Below are positions 1 through 16,377 of a DNA stretch of 64,000 nt, in pieces. Source of the DNA: the human T2T-CHM13v2.0 reference genome, Homo sapiens. The stretch lies in NCBI RefSeq assembly GCF_009914755.1, contig NC_060935.1; one strand, given 5' to 3'. Numbering within the stretch: the stretch's first letter is position 1; the number at the start of each line of letters is the position of its first letter. The position numbers and the translations under genes are program-made. The notes beneath the pieces are model-generated. The model saw only the letters and a list, made by a program, of their open reading frames with translations, searched no databases and was not told the origin of the DNA.

Positions 1-895
<895 letters not shown>

Positions 896-2269
896 AATTG
901 TTACAGAAAGGAGGTCAAAGAAGAATAAGGAATGATAAACAAGAAAGTGAAAAACATGGAAAAATCTAAATGGATATTTATCCTGGACTTTGAAATATAT
1001 ATAATTAAAATCCTAGGGGTAAAAGAAAATATAATTTGGAAGAGAGAGATGAGTTCAAATGTTCTAAATTCTTTTGAGAAGAAGGCAAAAATATTTAGAC
1101 ATTTTAACATGTACATACTAAAATTTCTAAGCTAATTGCTGAAACGATGTAGAGTTTATAGTTCCCAAAGTGGTACAGAAGCAAAAGTGGGATGAGGGAG
1201 GAAGAACAATTTAATTGGGAAAAAGGCAAGGAAGAACTTGCTGCCCATTATAGGAATTCTACACACCTTAGTTATGAAAATAAAATGCTGCCACATGCCC
1301 TCTGCTATTCCAGGATCCTAGCAACTCCATTTGTTCCTAAAGACCCCACTACTAGAATAGCATCTCTGCCATATGAACCACTCCCAAGCCTTTCAGCAAT
1401 CTGTTGACCCTCTTATCACCTTGGAAAATAGAGTAACCATTGGAGCCTCCCAGTGAACACTGTCAGCTAATGGGCCCAACTGAGAGCATGCCCATTGCCT
1501 TGAGCCTTTTTTGATTGCTTTCTCCACAATTATTCATGACAGTTTTGTCATCTCCATTTCATTTATGAGAATTGGCTCTTCTTCAAAATACTCAAGAACC
1601 ATCTCAGCAACATATTAAAGCAATAAACTTGGATCCAGACCAGAGTGTTGAATCCTATCACAGAACAAAGCTCTTGTATTATCATTCTCTCTTAGCCAAC
1701 TTTATATTCTGCTGCCATCTAACACTCTCAAGGTTAACTCCTCCTTCTTGCCACCTTATATTAACCAGGTACTATAGGATTTTGGGGGTGTATAATCTCT
1801 CTCCCTTCGCAGTCCCAGCACTCCCCTAGTTAGCTTATGCTAAGACTTGATATGATCTATAGTCTGGTGGCCAGAGGGGAAGTGAAGTCAGTTTCTGAAA
1901 TAGGGAGGAGAGGAATTGTCTTACAAAGTATTGGCCTCATTTAAGGAATTTCCATAGTCTTCAATCAAGGAGAGGGCCTGTATTTTCCACAGGGATGTGT
2001 GGGCTATTTCTGCAGGTCCAAAGGATTTGGGAAATTTAGAGATTCCCAGTTTCCAAGTGCCTCTATTCAGACATCCTAAGTGTCAGCAGGTCCCACTTCT
2101 TCCTTATTAGGATGCTGGTTTTGGCATAAGAGCTTGCCCTGAAGTTCTGTCACTTTACAAATTTACACCTTTTGGAAGAAAATATAAATAATCTCTCATT
2201 TTGGAGTGGGCATGGATTCTTAAATAACACAAAAATACCCAGTGCACCCCTGCTTTATTCACTCCTGCT

Positions 2270-2716
2270 ATATGGCAGAGACACTCTTGACAGCAATAAC
2301 TTAAGCATACCCCTGAGAATGAGCCCGTGATCTAAGAATAATATGTGTTCAGATTTTGAGATAAGGAATCTGGGAGTGACCAATCCAGAAATTCATTCCT
2401 TATTTATAAGGAACATCTGAACTTGTGGTCCATCTTGTGGAATGCAGGCCATACAGGGAATCAAGGTTATTGTTTTGGATTAAATGAAGGTTGCCAGGTG
2501 GAGGTTGCCAGGGGGAGGGTGCTATGTGAAAATGCTATGTAAATTGTATACTTTTTACAAGTGGTTCAGTTCTCCTGTCCAGCACATTTCCATGGGACTG
2601 CCCAGTAAGTTCCCCCAAATAAACCCCGTGTTTCATTTGCTGGCTCTGGGTCTCTTCTTTGATCTCTTAAACCTGGTGCCATCCCTATTGAAGTTAATAG
2701 GAGTCTGGCATAACAC
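2270..2716 (+). mobile_element. ERV1-class solo LTR (family uncertain)
   Basis: LTR-like U3/R/U5 layout with aataaa at ~2618; ends ...ggagtctggcataaca. Confidence 0.6.
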
Positions 2717-2789
2717 CTGCTTAGCAACATCAGCAAAGAAAATAATTAAGAAAGCTATGACACTAACAGTGCAGCGTGTTGAGCACTAG

Positions 2790-3695
2790 CCTCCAAAAAG
2801 ACGTGATCAGTTCCAATACATCAAACCTGCAAAGGTGACCTTATTTGAAAAAGGGGTCTTCGCAGTTGTAATTAAGTTAAGGATCTTAAGATGAGAATAT
2901 CCTGGATTTAGCATGGGTCCTAAATCCAATGACTGGTGTCTATATAAGAAGAGAGAGAGGTTAGAGACACAAAGAAATACACAGAAGGCCACATGAAGAG
3001 GGAGGCAGAGATTGGAGTAATGCTGCACAAACCAAGAAATGCCTGAGGCCACCAGAAGCTAAAATAGAGTTGTCAACCTAAAAAAAAAAAAAAGAGAACA
3101 ATTTCTTCTAATATGATGAGTTTATTCAGAAGTAAACAAAAAGGATTATAATTCAGGAGGTATGGGAGGTACAGCAGTGGCAAGCCATAGGCACATCTGA
3201 AAAGGGGAGGGTAAATAGAAGCTTTTATTGGCAAAAAGGAGACATTCAGGAAAGGTGCTTAGAAACAGAGTTCATTGGTCCTACAGGGTCAAAGATATAG
3301 TTGGCATTAGTTCATTGGTGAAGATGCCATTAGGGGGCAAGTGGTCTTTCCAGAGCATCTTAGCTGAATTGCTGCAGTCCTTAAAAAATAATTTCTTGCA
3401 GGGTTATTTTAGAAAGTCCTTGAAACAGTTCTTACCTTACACAGGCAAGCATGAGTTCTCCTCCTTCATGCTTTCCCAGCTCCAATTTGTTTGGGTTTGA
3501 AAAAAGTTATTTTATGCTGGTATTTGCAACTTTCACAGGTAATGAAGTGAATTCTCCCCCAGTGCCTCCAGAGAGAACCAACCCAGCCAAAACCTTGATT
3601 TCAGATTTGTAGACACCTGAACTGTGAGAGCACGAATAAATTAAGCCACTTCATTTGTGGTAATTCATTACCAAAACCCTAGGAAACTAATCCAG
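2790..3695 (+). mobile_element. MLT1B/C MaLR LTR split by an inserted LTR at 3071-3537
   Basis: gtgaccttatttgaaaaaggggtctt...gaggcagagattggag...ccagaagct, resuming at attctccccc...ggaaactaatcca. Confidence 0.8.
3071..3537 (-). mobile_element. ERV1 (MER4-group-like) solo LTR nested in MLT1
   Basis: TG...CA termini (tgtcaacc...tttcaca); reverse poly(A) signal tttatt at 3121; interrupts a contiguous MLT1. Confidence 0.65.
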
Positions 3696-4227
3696 ACAGT
3701 ATTTTAAATAAGCCACTATTGACTGGATTTGTTTTTTTATTCATGTGAATCTGTATATAAATATAAACTACATTATAATCTAATATGAATTTTGACACCT
3801 ATCCAGGCCACAGACCTTTTTAGAACATACTTACAGAAAAACTGACGCACAGCACAGGTAACAGTTTAGACTTTGTTTAGTTTCAATCCAGAACCTCACA
3901 AAATAAGGAATTCTAAGAAAGTTGGCTTTCTAAGGAAAATGCCTTCTATAAAAGCAAAAATGACAAATCTAGGCATAAGAAGTTAGACCCATATGGGAAG
4001 AATTCATGCGTCCTCTCCCTGCACCACCCTCAACACATCGTGGAGTAGCACACAGGCCATGAGCAGATGCGAGACACCTGAGCTGTGGGGTCAATTGCTT
4101 CATTCTATAACTCTCAGGATGACACAGCTGACTTCCACCCTGGGCATCCTTCTCCATTTAAGCTCTGAGACATAAGGAACACCTTCCTGGAACACACACT
4201 CCACTTCTCCCACCGAACATTGGCTTC

Positions 4228-4654
4228 CCACTGGCGCACAACTTCACTTGTTATATAACCTGTTTGTGTAAGCTCATACTTGGCTTGGTGCCACTATTGT
4301 CTATAAAAGGTATAACTGCCCTGATGATGCTTTACGTATGGCTTGTGCCCAGAGGGAGAGAGTGAAGCTACTGACCCTGTAAAGGAAAGCCAGCTTCCTT
4401 ACAGGCCAGGGAGTGCAGCTGTAAGCATAGGAGCGGCGGGAGCCGCAGAGCAGGCTGCTGAGTGGGGCTGCAGCTGGAGCAGGCAGCCGAGATAAAGGCG
4501 AACAGTGTAAGAGAGGTGTTGATGAGAAAGGCACTGAATAAAACCGTATTTTACCTGCCTACAGCCCCCTGAGTGTTCTTTCAGCTATTCAACGCCCATC
4601 CACCCACTCCACTTGGACCTCTGCATGGGCTGGAACCTGACCTTTGGCCTAACA
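4228..4654 (+). mobile_element. ERVL solo LTR, LTR32-like
   Basis: ggcgcacaacttcacttgttatataacctgtttgtgtaagctcatac, TATA-like tataaaa, aataaa at ~4537, ends ggcctaaca. Confidence 0.65.
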
Positions 4655-7600
4655 GTCAGGAAGAGAGAAGGAGAAACAATACTTTCTAAAAATAGAGAGT
4701 GAGTTAAAAGAGAAAGATTAAAACTTTGAAATTGAGAGTGGAACAGGAGAAAAACATCAAGTGGAAAGTAAGAATGAACACATAAATGCAAATAAAGATC
4801 AAAGAGTTTCTAAATAATATGAAACAGGTGAAATTAAAGATAAAGGTAAACAGGATTAGTGGGTCAAGGACCATAAAAGTAAAGGACAGAAAAGGTTATT
4901 GTTAAAAGCTAAAACCTGTAAGATGAAAAGTAAAAGTTAAAGATGGAATTAAGGATGACAAAATATGAATCTGTGATAAAAACAACGCTCAAATAAAAAA
5001 GATTGGAGAAATGTTTGTGATAAAACGCATACAAAATGCTTTATAATTAGATGAATAGATGAGAAAATATTAGAAAGAGGAGGTACAGAAACCACAATGA
5101 AGCATGCACAGACAGGGGCCCTCCCCATTCATTGTGCTATCTCATGCCTCTGGGTTTTCGCTGTTTCTACCATGAGAAATACCTTCCTATTTTCTGTACC
5201 TGGCTAATGTCTCTATATCATTCAAAACTCACCTCAGGCACCCCTGTCTACCCAAGCTAGGTTAAATATTTCTCTGTGACCCAGCTGAGCCCTGCATGTA
5301 CCTCTAATCGGTATTTCAGTCTCTTGCCCTGCCTTCTGCAGACACTTACTTTGCATTCTTTGCTGAACAACAAAGTCATATTATAATCTTTTTTCCCTGG
5401 AGAAAAATAATAAAAGAAAAAGATTTATCAAATTCTGGGGGTTTTTTGGATTAATCTATTTGGCACGTGTTTCCTGAGTTACTTGGTCTGTTCCAGGCTC
5501 TGTGCTAGGATCTGTGAATACAGAGATTAATAAAACTCAATGTCTTTCCTCAAAGAATTAATAATTGAGTTGCGGAGTTACCTTAATAAGCAAAAGTTAC
5601 ACCAGAGTGGCCTCAAATAATGTGAGTTTTACACATTTCAGTTAACTCATCTTGATGTCATATCCACAACTTTAAATCTTTCTGCGCCGGTAATACTTTC
5701 ATTCTCCATTTTCAAAGCTACATACCTAAGTGGAATTTCGAGTTTCCTTCAGTAAAAATTTTATAACACAGTAACAGCAACAGCAGTCTATTTGAACCAT
5801 CCTTGGGTAAAGCCTAGCTGGGTGTAATGCAAAACACTCCGTTGCCAGGTACCTTATTTTACCAGGCACTGTTAGGCTGACCTGATTTGCTGGAGTTGCT
5901 AAGGGCAAGTAGTTTGTAAATTCTTTTAACAATTTTAAAATACCTTTGCCTCTGAGCACAGGCATAGGTGGCAAAACTCCATAGTTTATCTACATACATA
6001 AATTCTGTTTTATGAGATGTTTCTTAGACTTGTTTTGTGACTAAAAGAAAAATCAATAATATAAATTTCAAAAAAAAATGGTTCTGCAAGAAAAATAAAA
6101 CTCTTCTTCCCCTCAGATTGAAAAAAAGTTTACCAAAAGACTGGAATTGATGAATGGAGCTAACAGATCAGTGCTCACCAACCTGCTTTACATTGTCTTT
6201 GGTAGTTTCATTTTTTGCCTAACAAAAAACACTCTTCCCTCCCACGATGGCTTTAATAGAAGAACTATAAATTTCTAATGTAGGAATTTACTTAGGATGG
6301 TTATTGGGAAGGTGTACAGAACTTTTTTTTCAAGGTACATTAGTACACCACAACCTCTTTATGCTTTAGGTGATTGGCATCTATCAACATTCATCCTTTT
6401 TTGCAAAGAGAGAATTGAGAATAAGATGCATACCCTGGGACTTGGGAGTCAAAAGGCTGGGGCACTCCAGATTCTATGTCTGAGTGGTTTCATTTAGACA
6501 AATTGCTCAACCTATCTGTCCCAACTCAAAGTTGGATCTTCCACTTACAGTGCAGCAAATATCGCATGGGATTACATATATAAAACTGTGTAAATCGAGT
6601 ATCAATACACAAACATAAGAGGAAATAGCCACAGCTGTCACCTGAGTTAAATGGTGAAAAAAACAAACAAACAAAACAGTGCAATTCCCTAGTTCCCTAG
6701 TTGGAGCAAACTTTACCCACTGGCACAATAAGATATGACTTCAGGAACCTCAAAAAAGTACTTTTATCCCCAAAATACTATGAAAAAATTGCTGCTTACT
6801 AATGACATAAAGTCCTTCACTTGAAGGCAAGGAGAAAGGAAAAGAGAAAGGACATCAAAAGAGAAAGGAAAGGGGGAAGGAAAGGCAAGGTGAAGGGAAA
6901 GGGAAGGAAGGAAAGAGAAACCTCTTATTCTGTAATTAGAAATAAAATCAAAATGAAAATGTGAAAACATTTTTGATAATAAAGCTGAATCCAGAACACC
7001 CTGGAATAAACAAGATAAATGTATTTAATTGAAATACAAGAAGGAATGAACTAATAATAAGTGAAATAAGGCAAGAAAAAAATTAGCTCGGACCAAGAAA
7101 AAGTTCAGTTCGACAACAGGAAGAAGTTATTTATTATAAAAATAAAATTATATATTAAGTTATAGCAATGATGAAAGGCCATCTCATGGTATAAGAACAA
7201 GGTAGAAGTAAATTTAGGCTTAGGACAAATCTGACAAGTTTAGAAGATGTAAGACAAAAGAGCCAGCATCATTCATATATGCCAGGCATTATTCCAAGTG
7301 CCTTACATGTATTAATTCATTTAAACTTTTAACAACTTGAAGGAGAATGATCACTTTTTACAGATGGAAAAATTAAGGTGTGAAAACTAACATAACTTTG
7401 TAAAAACTGTTGTCATTATTTCCTTGAAATACCAGCTGTTATGCTGCTAATATTTCCTATGCCTGTATGATTTTCATTCATCGAATTGGAGATGTTAATC
7501 TCAAATTTAATGTTTTGAAAGCTGGATTAATATTTAAGCCAATCAGAAGAGACTGTACAATTTTATTGTCTGGGCCATGGGAGTAAATGAAATCAATAAA

Positions 7601-8390
7601 TTTTCCCTGAATTAACCTTGGGGACAATGAACCACTCCTTGCTTCTGGAAAGAAAGAGGAGGAAAAGGCTACATAAAAATAGTCTCAGACTCCGGGGATG
7701 TGGTGTTGTGTTCCAACAACTGAGAATTGTTCTGGATGGTACCCAAACCTAAGCTCACTCCCCAGGTATCCACCTGATGTCAAACACAGCTTTGCTTTAG
7801 AAGGAGCCAATACCAATACCATGTGTACCGTGTGCTTTAAAAGTCTTATTACTAGCTTAGGGAATTCAGAATGTTCACATTTGGAGTATGGGAGTGACTA
7901 AAGACTATAAATAGCCTCATATCAGAATGGGATAGCTTTGATGTAAAACAGGTTTGCCACACACTTCAGAAAATCCTTTCAGCTTTTGTATTTGAATTGT
8001 GAACATGTTCCAGTATTCCTTAGGGCTAAACCAAAGAAAGTGATCTAGTGGAAAGTTATGACCTCCAGGAGACCCATACTAGAATATAAGACTTCCTGAA
8101 TGGGGCTAATTACTAGAAAGAGTGGCCTCTGGTGAGTTGATTGTGTCCGGTCTCTCAGGAAGTGACCTGTACCACCCAGAACTTCTAGTCAGGTTCTCCC
8201 TTTCCTTCTCTTTAGTCAGAACATTTAATTATAACCATGGCACCAAAAACCCACTCTGCACAACAAAGTGCAGTTCAGTGAAAATAACTGTTAATAAACA
8301 GCATGGAAAGCATGATCACATTGATATGTAGCATCATTTGATCGTGGAATGCATCAAAAACTCTTTCACAGAGTTGTGAACTAAACTAGC

Positions 8391-8930
8391 TGTATTAGTT
8401 ATCTATTGCTATATAACAACGTACTTTGAAATTTAGCAGCTAAAAATGACAAACAATATGTTACACTTTCTATGAGTCAGGAATATGTGTGTACGTGTTG
8501 CTCAGCTGGGTATCTCTTGAGTTCTCTCACCAGTTTACAGTCAAGCTGCCTGCTGGGGTTGCAGCCTCTTCTGAAGATCTGAGGAAGGCTGGCTGAGGGG
8601 AGAGGTGTCTACTTCTGAGTTCAATCACATGGGTATTGGAAGGCCTCGGTCCCTCACCACTTGAAACATTTCACAGTTGCCTCACAACACAGCAGCTGGC
8701 TTCCCTCAGAGCTAGTGACCCAAGAGTAAGAGAGAGCAGGCCTCAAATGGAAGCCATTGGGTTTTTTTTTTCTTTTTGAAAATTAAACACTTTGAGGCAA
8801 CATCTCATTATCTTTGCCATTTTGTTTTTTAAGGGTGCATCAGTATATCCTGCCATACTCAAAAAAGTAGAGATTATACAAGGGTGGGAATATTAGGAGC
8901 TGGGGATCATTTGAAAGTCATCTTAGAGGT
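8391..8930 (-). mobile_element. Old MaLR LTR (MLT1F/G-like)
   Basis: Starts tgtattagttatctattgct; contains gcagctggcttccctcagag. Confidence 0.7.
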
Positions 8931-10264
8931 GGACAGAGAATTCTGGAACTCAGTAAATATTTAGACACAGTCTTTGTTTAAGAGACCTCACTGTCTGGTT
9001 TTAAAAAAAATACCTAGTATATACCACTTCCTAATGGTTAAAGTAACTCCTTTGTATTTCTTCATGTAGAATAAGGACAATCATATTGTGATGAGACTAT
9101 TCTCCAGAAAATTTGCAACTTTCTCCCACTTGTTTTTTTCCTGATATGAAACCAGTCAACATTATATTCAATACCACTGAGAAAGTGATCCTGGGAAGGA
9201 ACACAGTAATAGAAAGCAACAGATTTATGACTAAAGTTTGTAATAGTATGCAGCCAAATTCCTGAGCATAGATCTTGTAGGAAAGTAAAAATTGAACTAG
9301 AGCAGTAAGAAGTAAATATTGGTTTTGAGCATGTAATGAGTCCTTATTTCTCTCTTTTTCTTAAGACTGATGATTTAATATAATTTTTTAGAGTAAATTT
9401 ACTTTGCTACAAAAAGAACACTGTAAATAAACAACTAGAAAAAGTCTGGATGAATTGACAACATTAACCATAATTCTGTCTAAATTGTGATGTTATAGGT
9501 AAGTTTATTTTCTCCTAAGTCTTTTATATTTTCTAAAATTTTTACTACATAAAAGTATACTTTCATGCTACATATTGATTATTGTGATGAAACAAGAGGA
9601 AGAGAAAACTCTAGAATAAAAATTTTGCCAAAAATAGATGTTTTCCCACTGAACTTTATCATCCATTTCTAGGCAAATGTTATTCTTTATTTCTTAATAT
9701 TGAAGACTGTGGTGTCTACATGAAATATATGGCAGCATAACTCATGATCTCTCCTCCCACACCTCACCACATAGATTTAGTGCGTGTACTCCCTCACATA
9801 GTTAGTGTCTATTGTGCCTCCTTTTTCTTATGTGGAACACTAGACACTTACATAAAAATGTAAAAGGCATGGACCCTGTCCTTGTGATGTCCATAATCCA
9901 TTCGAGTTGACAGACTTATAAACCAAGAGTTAAAATACAGGGTACTAAATGTTTTAATTGAGGTATGTACAATTATATACCTCTAAGCTCAGAGAATAGA
10001 GATTCTAAATTTGTCTGGAATGCAGCAAGGTTTCATAGAGAATAGGATATAATCATATTACTAATCTTCCTGTAATTGAAGTATAAGTTTCCTCTATCTT
10101 GAGTCAGATGGGAGGGAAATAGCTTGTGCGAAGGTATGGAAATTAGAGACAGCATGACATGAAGAGAAAGCAAGTCATTTTTTGTGTGATTTGAGTCTAA
10201 TGAGAGTGTGTTTGAGGAAGAATGAAGGCTAAAAGTGGAGGAAAGTGGGATAAAATCTTTACAA

Positions 10265-11335
10265 AACACAAATCAGATAAAGAAATGGTATCTAAAGTAT
10301 ATAAAGAATAGTTAAAATTCAACTAAAGAAAACAAGCAACTCAATTTAAAAATGAGCAAAGGATCTAAATAGATGCCTCATCAGAGAAGACACACAGATG
10401 GCACATAAGCATATGGAAAGATACTCAACATCATATGTCACTAAAAATGCAAATTAAAACAAGATACCACTACACCTATTAGAATGGCTGAAATCCAAAC
10501 ACTGACAACACCAAATGCTGGCAAGGATGTGGAGCAAAAGGAACTTTTACTCATTGCTCATGGAAATACGAGAGGTACAGCCACTTTGGAAGATACTATA
10601 GCAGTTTCTTACAAAATGAAACATAATCTTACCATGTGATCCAATCATACTCCTTGGTATGTATCCACATGAGCTGCAAATGTACATAAACTCCAAAATC
10701 TGCACATGAATTTTTATACCAACTTTATTCATGATTGCCAAAACTTGGAAGCAACCAAGATGTCCTTCAATAGGAAAATAAATTTAAAAACTTGTATATT
10801 CACACAATGGACTATTATTCAATGATTAAGAAGAGATGCACTAACATGCCACCAAAGGACATGGAAGAACCTTAAATACATATTGCTAAGTGAAAAAAAA
10901 AGCCAATCTGAAAAGCTTTCTATCATTTGATTCCAACTATATGACCTTCTGGAAAAGGCAAAACTATGGAGATAGTTAGATCAGGGGTTGTCGGGGTTTA
11001 TGGAGAGGGAGGATAATGATATTTAAGGGCAGTGAAACTATAATTCTGTATGACACTATAATGGTGGATACATGTCATTATATATTTGTTGAATTCCATA
11101 GAATGCAAACAGAAAGAATAAATCCTAATGTGAATGATGAAATTCAATTAATAATATGTCAATACTGGCTCATCAATTGTGACATACGTACCACACCAAT
11201 GCAAGATATTAAAAAATAGGCAATATTGGTGGGGGAAGAGGGGTATATGAAGTGCTCTCTGTAGTTTTTACTCAATTTTTCTATAAACCAAAAACTGCTC
11301 AAAAAATTAATAAAGTCTATTAATTTTATTAATTT
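10265..11335 (+). mobile_element. Old L1MC (L1MC1-like) ORF2 end and 3'UTR
   Basis: atgcaaattaaaacaagataccactacacctattagaatggctg; aacttggaagcaaccaagatgtcc; ends aaaactgctc...aataaagtctattaa. Confidence 0.8.
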
Positions 11336-11401
11336 TTTTAAGTGGAAGAAAATGATGAAGAGAGAGATTGGTGTTGATATATAAGAAGCTTCATAAGCTA
11401 T

Positions 11402-11918
11402 TGTTACGGTCACTTGTTTCTATGTAACCAACCACTCCAAACTTGATGTCTCGGAAGCAAAGTTATTTCACAATCTCTGAGTTATATAATCGGCAAGACT
11501 CAACTGGCTCAAAGTCACATGGTGATATTCAGCTGGTAGCTAGGCTGCAAAAGAGGATCAAAGGCTGCTTCTTTTATATATCTGGCACCTTGGTTGGGAA
11601 GGCTACAAAGCAGGGCTTAGCTGGGCCACTCTCCTTCTTCTGGTTGTTTCAGGGTTTCTCCACACAGATTCTCCAGAAAGATAGTTGAACTTCTTATCTG
11701 GCAGCTCAGTTTCCAAGAGTGGGTGCTCCAAAAGACAGGAAGTAGATTCTGTCAGTTTCTTAAAACCTGGGCCTTTAAACTGGCAAAGTATGACTTCTAC
11801 CATATCTATTGAAAAAAGCAGTCATGGATTCTGCCCAGATTCAAGGGAAGAAGACATAGACACCACCTCTCAATGAGAGAAGTATCAGAGCCTTGGCGAT
11901 CATCATTGATCTATCACA
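11402..11918 (-). mobile_element. Old MaLR LTR (MLT1G/H-like)
   Basis: gtaaccaaccactccaaactt...cccagattcaaggg...gatctatcaca. Confidence 0.6.
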
Positions 11919-12280
11919 ACCAACAGATAGAATTTGAATTCTACCTTGCAGTAAATGGGAGCTACTGAAAGATTTTTATCTAGAGAGAGACATACTAGTA
12001 TGAGTTATAGCAGTCTGAAACAGGATATGAGAAGGAAGAAAATTACAGGAAGGAAGCCCAGTCACTCATTATCACAGAATTTTTACTTTTTATGTTTTAA
12101 CTGGCTTCTTCCAGAGGGGGTTGAAGCCAATTTCAATGTCTTGGTTGTAAAGATGGTTATTTGTGGCTAAGATATTGCATCAATCTCAACTAGTAAACTT
12201 CCATGTGTGTTGGGGTATTGTCCCTCCAACTAGACTATAAGCTCCCTGAAGACAAACTGTGTAACTCCAAAGCACCAAGC

Positions 12281-12332
12281 ATTTTGTAAATGCTCAGAAA
12301 AAAGGAATTTTGTAAATGCTCAGAAAAAAGGA
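12281..12332. repeat. Perfect 26-bp tandem duplication
   Basis: attttgtaaatgctcagaaaaaagga x2. Confidence 0.95.
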
Positions 12333-12357
12333 AAAAATAATGAAAAAAGGAAAATAC

Positions 12358-12704
<347 letters not shown>

Positions 12705-13391
12705 TTATTGAGCTTTTGATATGTACTAGGCATTGATCTTGATTCTTGCAGTATATTAGTGAACAAGAGACAATGATGCATCTCCTCATGAGTTAACATT
12801 TTAAGTCTACAAAACTCATGATGAAGAGGGAAGAGCTCCTGAAAGTGTTGTGCTAAGAGAATCTGTTACTTTTCCCATGCTTCTCACCTGAGTGCTGTTT
12901 CCATAAAACTTGAAAAGTTCTTTTTTCTATAAATGGCAAATGACCTTGGAGTTAGAAATTACTTTGTCTCTGTAAATAGACAACTATTTTACTCAACACT
13001 ACAGGGTCTATAAGTCAACCGAGACAATCAAGTAACAGTAGCATATTAATCTGAAGAGAGAATCTTGCCCTTGCAGGCATTTCTTCATTTGAATGTACAG
13101 CTCCAACTACTGTTATGATAGCAAAATCCTAGTTGCACTCAGGTGACAACAAGATTTCCATTTATGTCTTGTCCAAGGCTATTTATTTTTGCTTTATCAA
13201 ATCTGTGTAAGTATCCAAAAAAGTTTCTAAGTCTTTGGATATATACACATCCCAAATAAAAGATGTTTACCCCTGATGCAGTTAATTACATAATTGGATT
13301 TGAAACAGAGACAGACAGATAGCTTACCATCAGTATGAAGTTATAGAAACAAAAGGTTTCCTATAAAGATCAAAATCGGAGATTTACATAA

Positions 13392-13729
<338 letters not shown>

Positions 13730-14980
13730 TCTATTCTACATTTTAAGTCATATTTTTTAAAAGTATATTAGTAAGCATAGCTTATAAAAAGCAGACCTCA
13801 ATAAGTTTAATCAGATCATATTTATAACAAATTAACTGGTCTGAAAAATTGAGGAAAATATGTAAAGTGCATATCTAGATATAAGCAATATTATCTCCTT
13901 TTTCTTTCATGTTTAATTCAAACCAAATTTATTGAATAGCTACTATATGCCAGGCATTGTGCTAGGAACCTAGAATTAACATCCAAGAAGACAGTGTCCT
14001 TGCCCCATTAAATATTCACAATATTGAGAAAGATATATAGAAATACAACATTTTACTTAAAAGTACATTTTGCTTTGTGCCTTCCTAACAAATTAAATTT
14101 TTAATGGCAAGAGTACAGAGAAATTGAAACTTTCATGTATTGCTGATGGGAATATAAATTGATTGAGCTAAATCTAGAGTGTATTTTTGTGACACTTATC
14201 AAAAGCCTTTAATACATGCTTACTCCAGCAATTTCATTTCCAGGAACTCAGCCTGAAAACACAATCACGAATCAGCACAAAGATATATCTTAAAGAAATT
14301 TCATCACACGATTTTTTAAGATTTTAAAATTATCAACACTTAATACCAAAAATGGAGAACTTAGTCAAGTCATTTTATAATGTATGATGAAATAGTGAAT
14401 AGCCATTTACAATAATATTATAGATAATATGGAAAAATGTTGGCTATATTGTCTTTTCTTAAAGAGAAACAACATGTACAATATAGTGGTATTTTTGCTT
14501 TTAAAAATGTATATATGGGTTGGGAGAACTGGCAGGTACCTCCTCTTATTGTCCCCATCAGCAGGAGGCCAGAAATCAAAAGAATTTAATCATAGTTGGC
14601 ACCATTCCTTCTGGCACCAAAAAGAACAGTCATTGACAACCAGCGTGGTTGTTCTTGTGATTCAGCCAAGTTTCAGGTCTGGCAAAATCAGAGCCAAATG
14701 CTTCTCAGCATAGCAATAGAGCAGTCTGTTGTTCACAAAGGACAAAACACAAAACCCAAGCTGATAGGAAAAATGTCCTTTCCTCATTACAGGCAAGCCT
14801 GCATTTTTTCAGAGGAAAATTAATGCTTGTCTTTGTGAGAAGGATGTACTTTACAGGTGATTTATTGAAGGGAAACTGCTCTCAAAGGTGAAGAGGCTGA
14901 ACTGGTGTTAAGAGACTGGCATTCACCCTTCTTCACGGGAAAGAGGTCCATTGCCCTCTATGGCTGGCTACTGTCTAGTG

Positions 14981-15324
14981 CAGGAGGCAGCAAATTATGG
15001 CCCACAGGCCAAGTCAAACCTACCACCTGTTTTTATGTGGCTCACAAGCTAAAAATAGTTTTTACATTTTTATATAGTAGAAAAACACAATTAAAAAAAT
15101 ATGTGACATATAATGTGACACTTGAAAATTATATGAAAGTTAGATTTCAGTGACCATAAATAAGGTTTTATTGGAGCACAGCCATACTCATTTATTTATG
15201 TATTGTCTGTGGCTGCTTTCTGCCTCAGTGGTGGAGCTGAGTAGATGCAACAGAAAGCATATGGCCCCCCAAGCCTAAATTTTTTTCTCCTTGACATTTT
15301 TCAAAAAAGATTTGCCAAACCCTG
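14981..15324. mobile_element. MER58B-like hAT-Charlie MITE
   Basis: Terminal inverted repeats caggaggcagcaaa / tttgccaaaccctg; 8-bp TSD gtctagtg / gtctaatg. Confidence 0.85.
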
Positions 15325-16170
15325 GTCTAATGGAGAGATTCCTGGTGTGCTCAAGTGGCACTCGAGTTTGCAATACCTCCAGTAAAAAGTCTGAAATTTC
15401 CAATGGAAGGATGTGCGTTACAACTGCAATGGTTTGACATACTCCCTCCTTTCTTTGAAGGTTGCAAAGTAGATTTTGAGTGCTGGTCACAGTAAAGGCT
15501 AGCAAAGATTCTCTCCTTCAGGAACAAAAATGGAAGAGAGTCTTGCCACTTACGTTGTGTTACATATAAATGTAACATAATCATCAATATCCAGTGCCAC
15601 CTCAATCCCCATTTCATGGGTCAGTTTCCTCTAAAATACTTTGAAAAGTGAAGCTTTTCTTACATTTCCCAAGTTGTCTGCTCACAAGCTTCTCCTGAAG
15701 ATAAATTTCTTTTAGCTCTGCCGTGAAGCCCTGAGCATCTGCTGCTGCTCTTGATCCAAAAGTCTTAGACTCTGACTCTTATGTGGAAATCACTCTCTCT
15801 ATATAGTGCTAGCAAATAGGTCAGTGTGCAGTATCCCACCCTTTTATTCTCTACAAGACTACTAGGTATGCCTATAAAGACACAAATTACTTTCTGCTCC
15901 CAGCTTTTTGTCTCTTTCTTAGGAGTTTTCTTCATCTAACCTCCCCTATGCAGGTTCTTTTCTACCTCCCAGGAAAGCTAGAAGACAAATAAGCGTTGGT
16001 CTTGCTTCAGGATTTGTTTCCTACTTCCCTCCTGCTGCCCAAGGAGAATTTTTCCCAAGTGTGAAGGGCATTCCAGCAGGATGATTGATTATGGCCATTA
16101 CATCTCAGACCATGCAGACAATGGTAGGTGGCTCTGAAACTCCAAGTCTCAGATAAAATTATAAGCCCTC

Positions 16171-16346
16171 TGCTATGGACTGAAAGTTTATTCTTCTCCA
16201 AAGAGGAGAAGCCCTAACCCCCATGGTATTAGGAGATGGAGCCTTTGGGAAGTACCTAGGCGTAGATGAGCTCTTGACAGTAGAGCCCCCCGGGATGAGA
16301 TTACTGCCCTTATAAGAAGAGGAAGATCTTTCTCTCTCTCTCTCTG

Positions 16347-16377
<31 letters not shown>

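Noticed and set aside
11301-11338. 14-bp perfect inverted repeat aaaaaattaataaa / tttattaatttttt
   Set aside because: Low-complexity AT sequence at an L1MC tail; likely chance.
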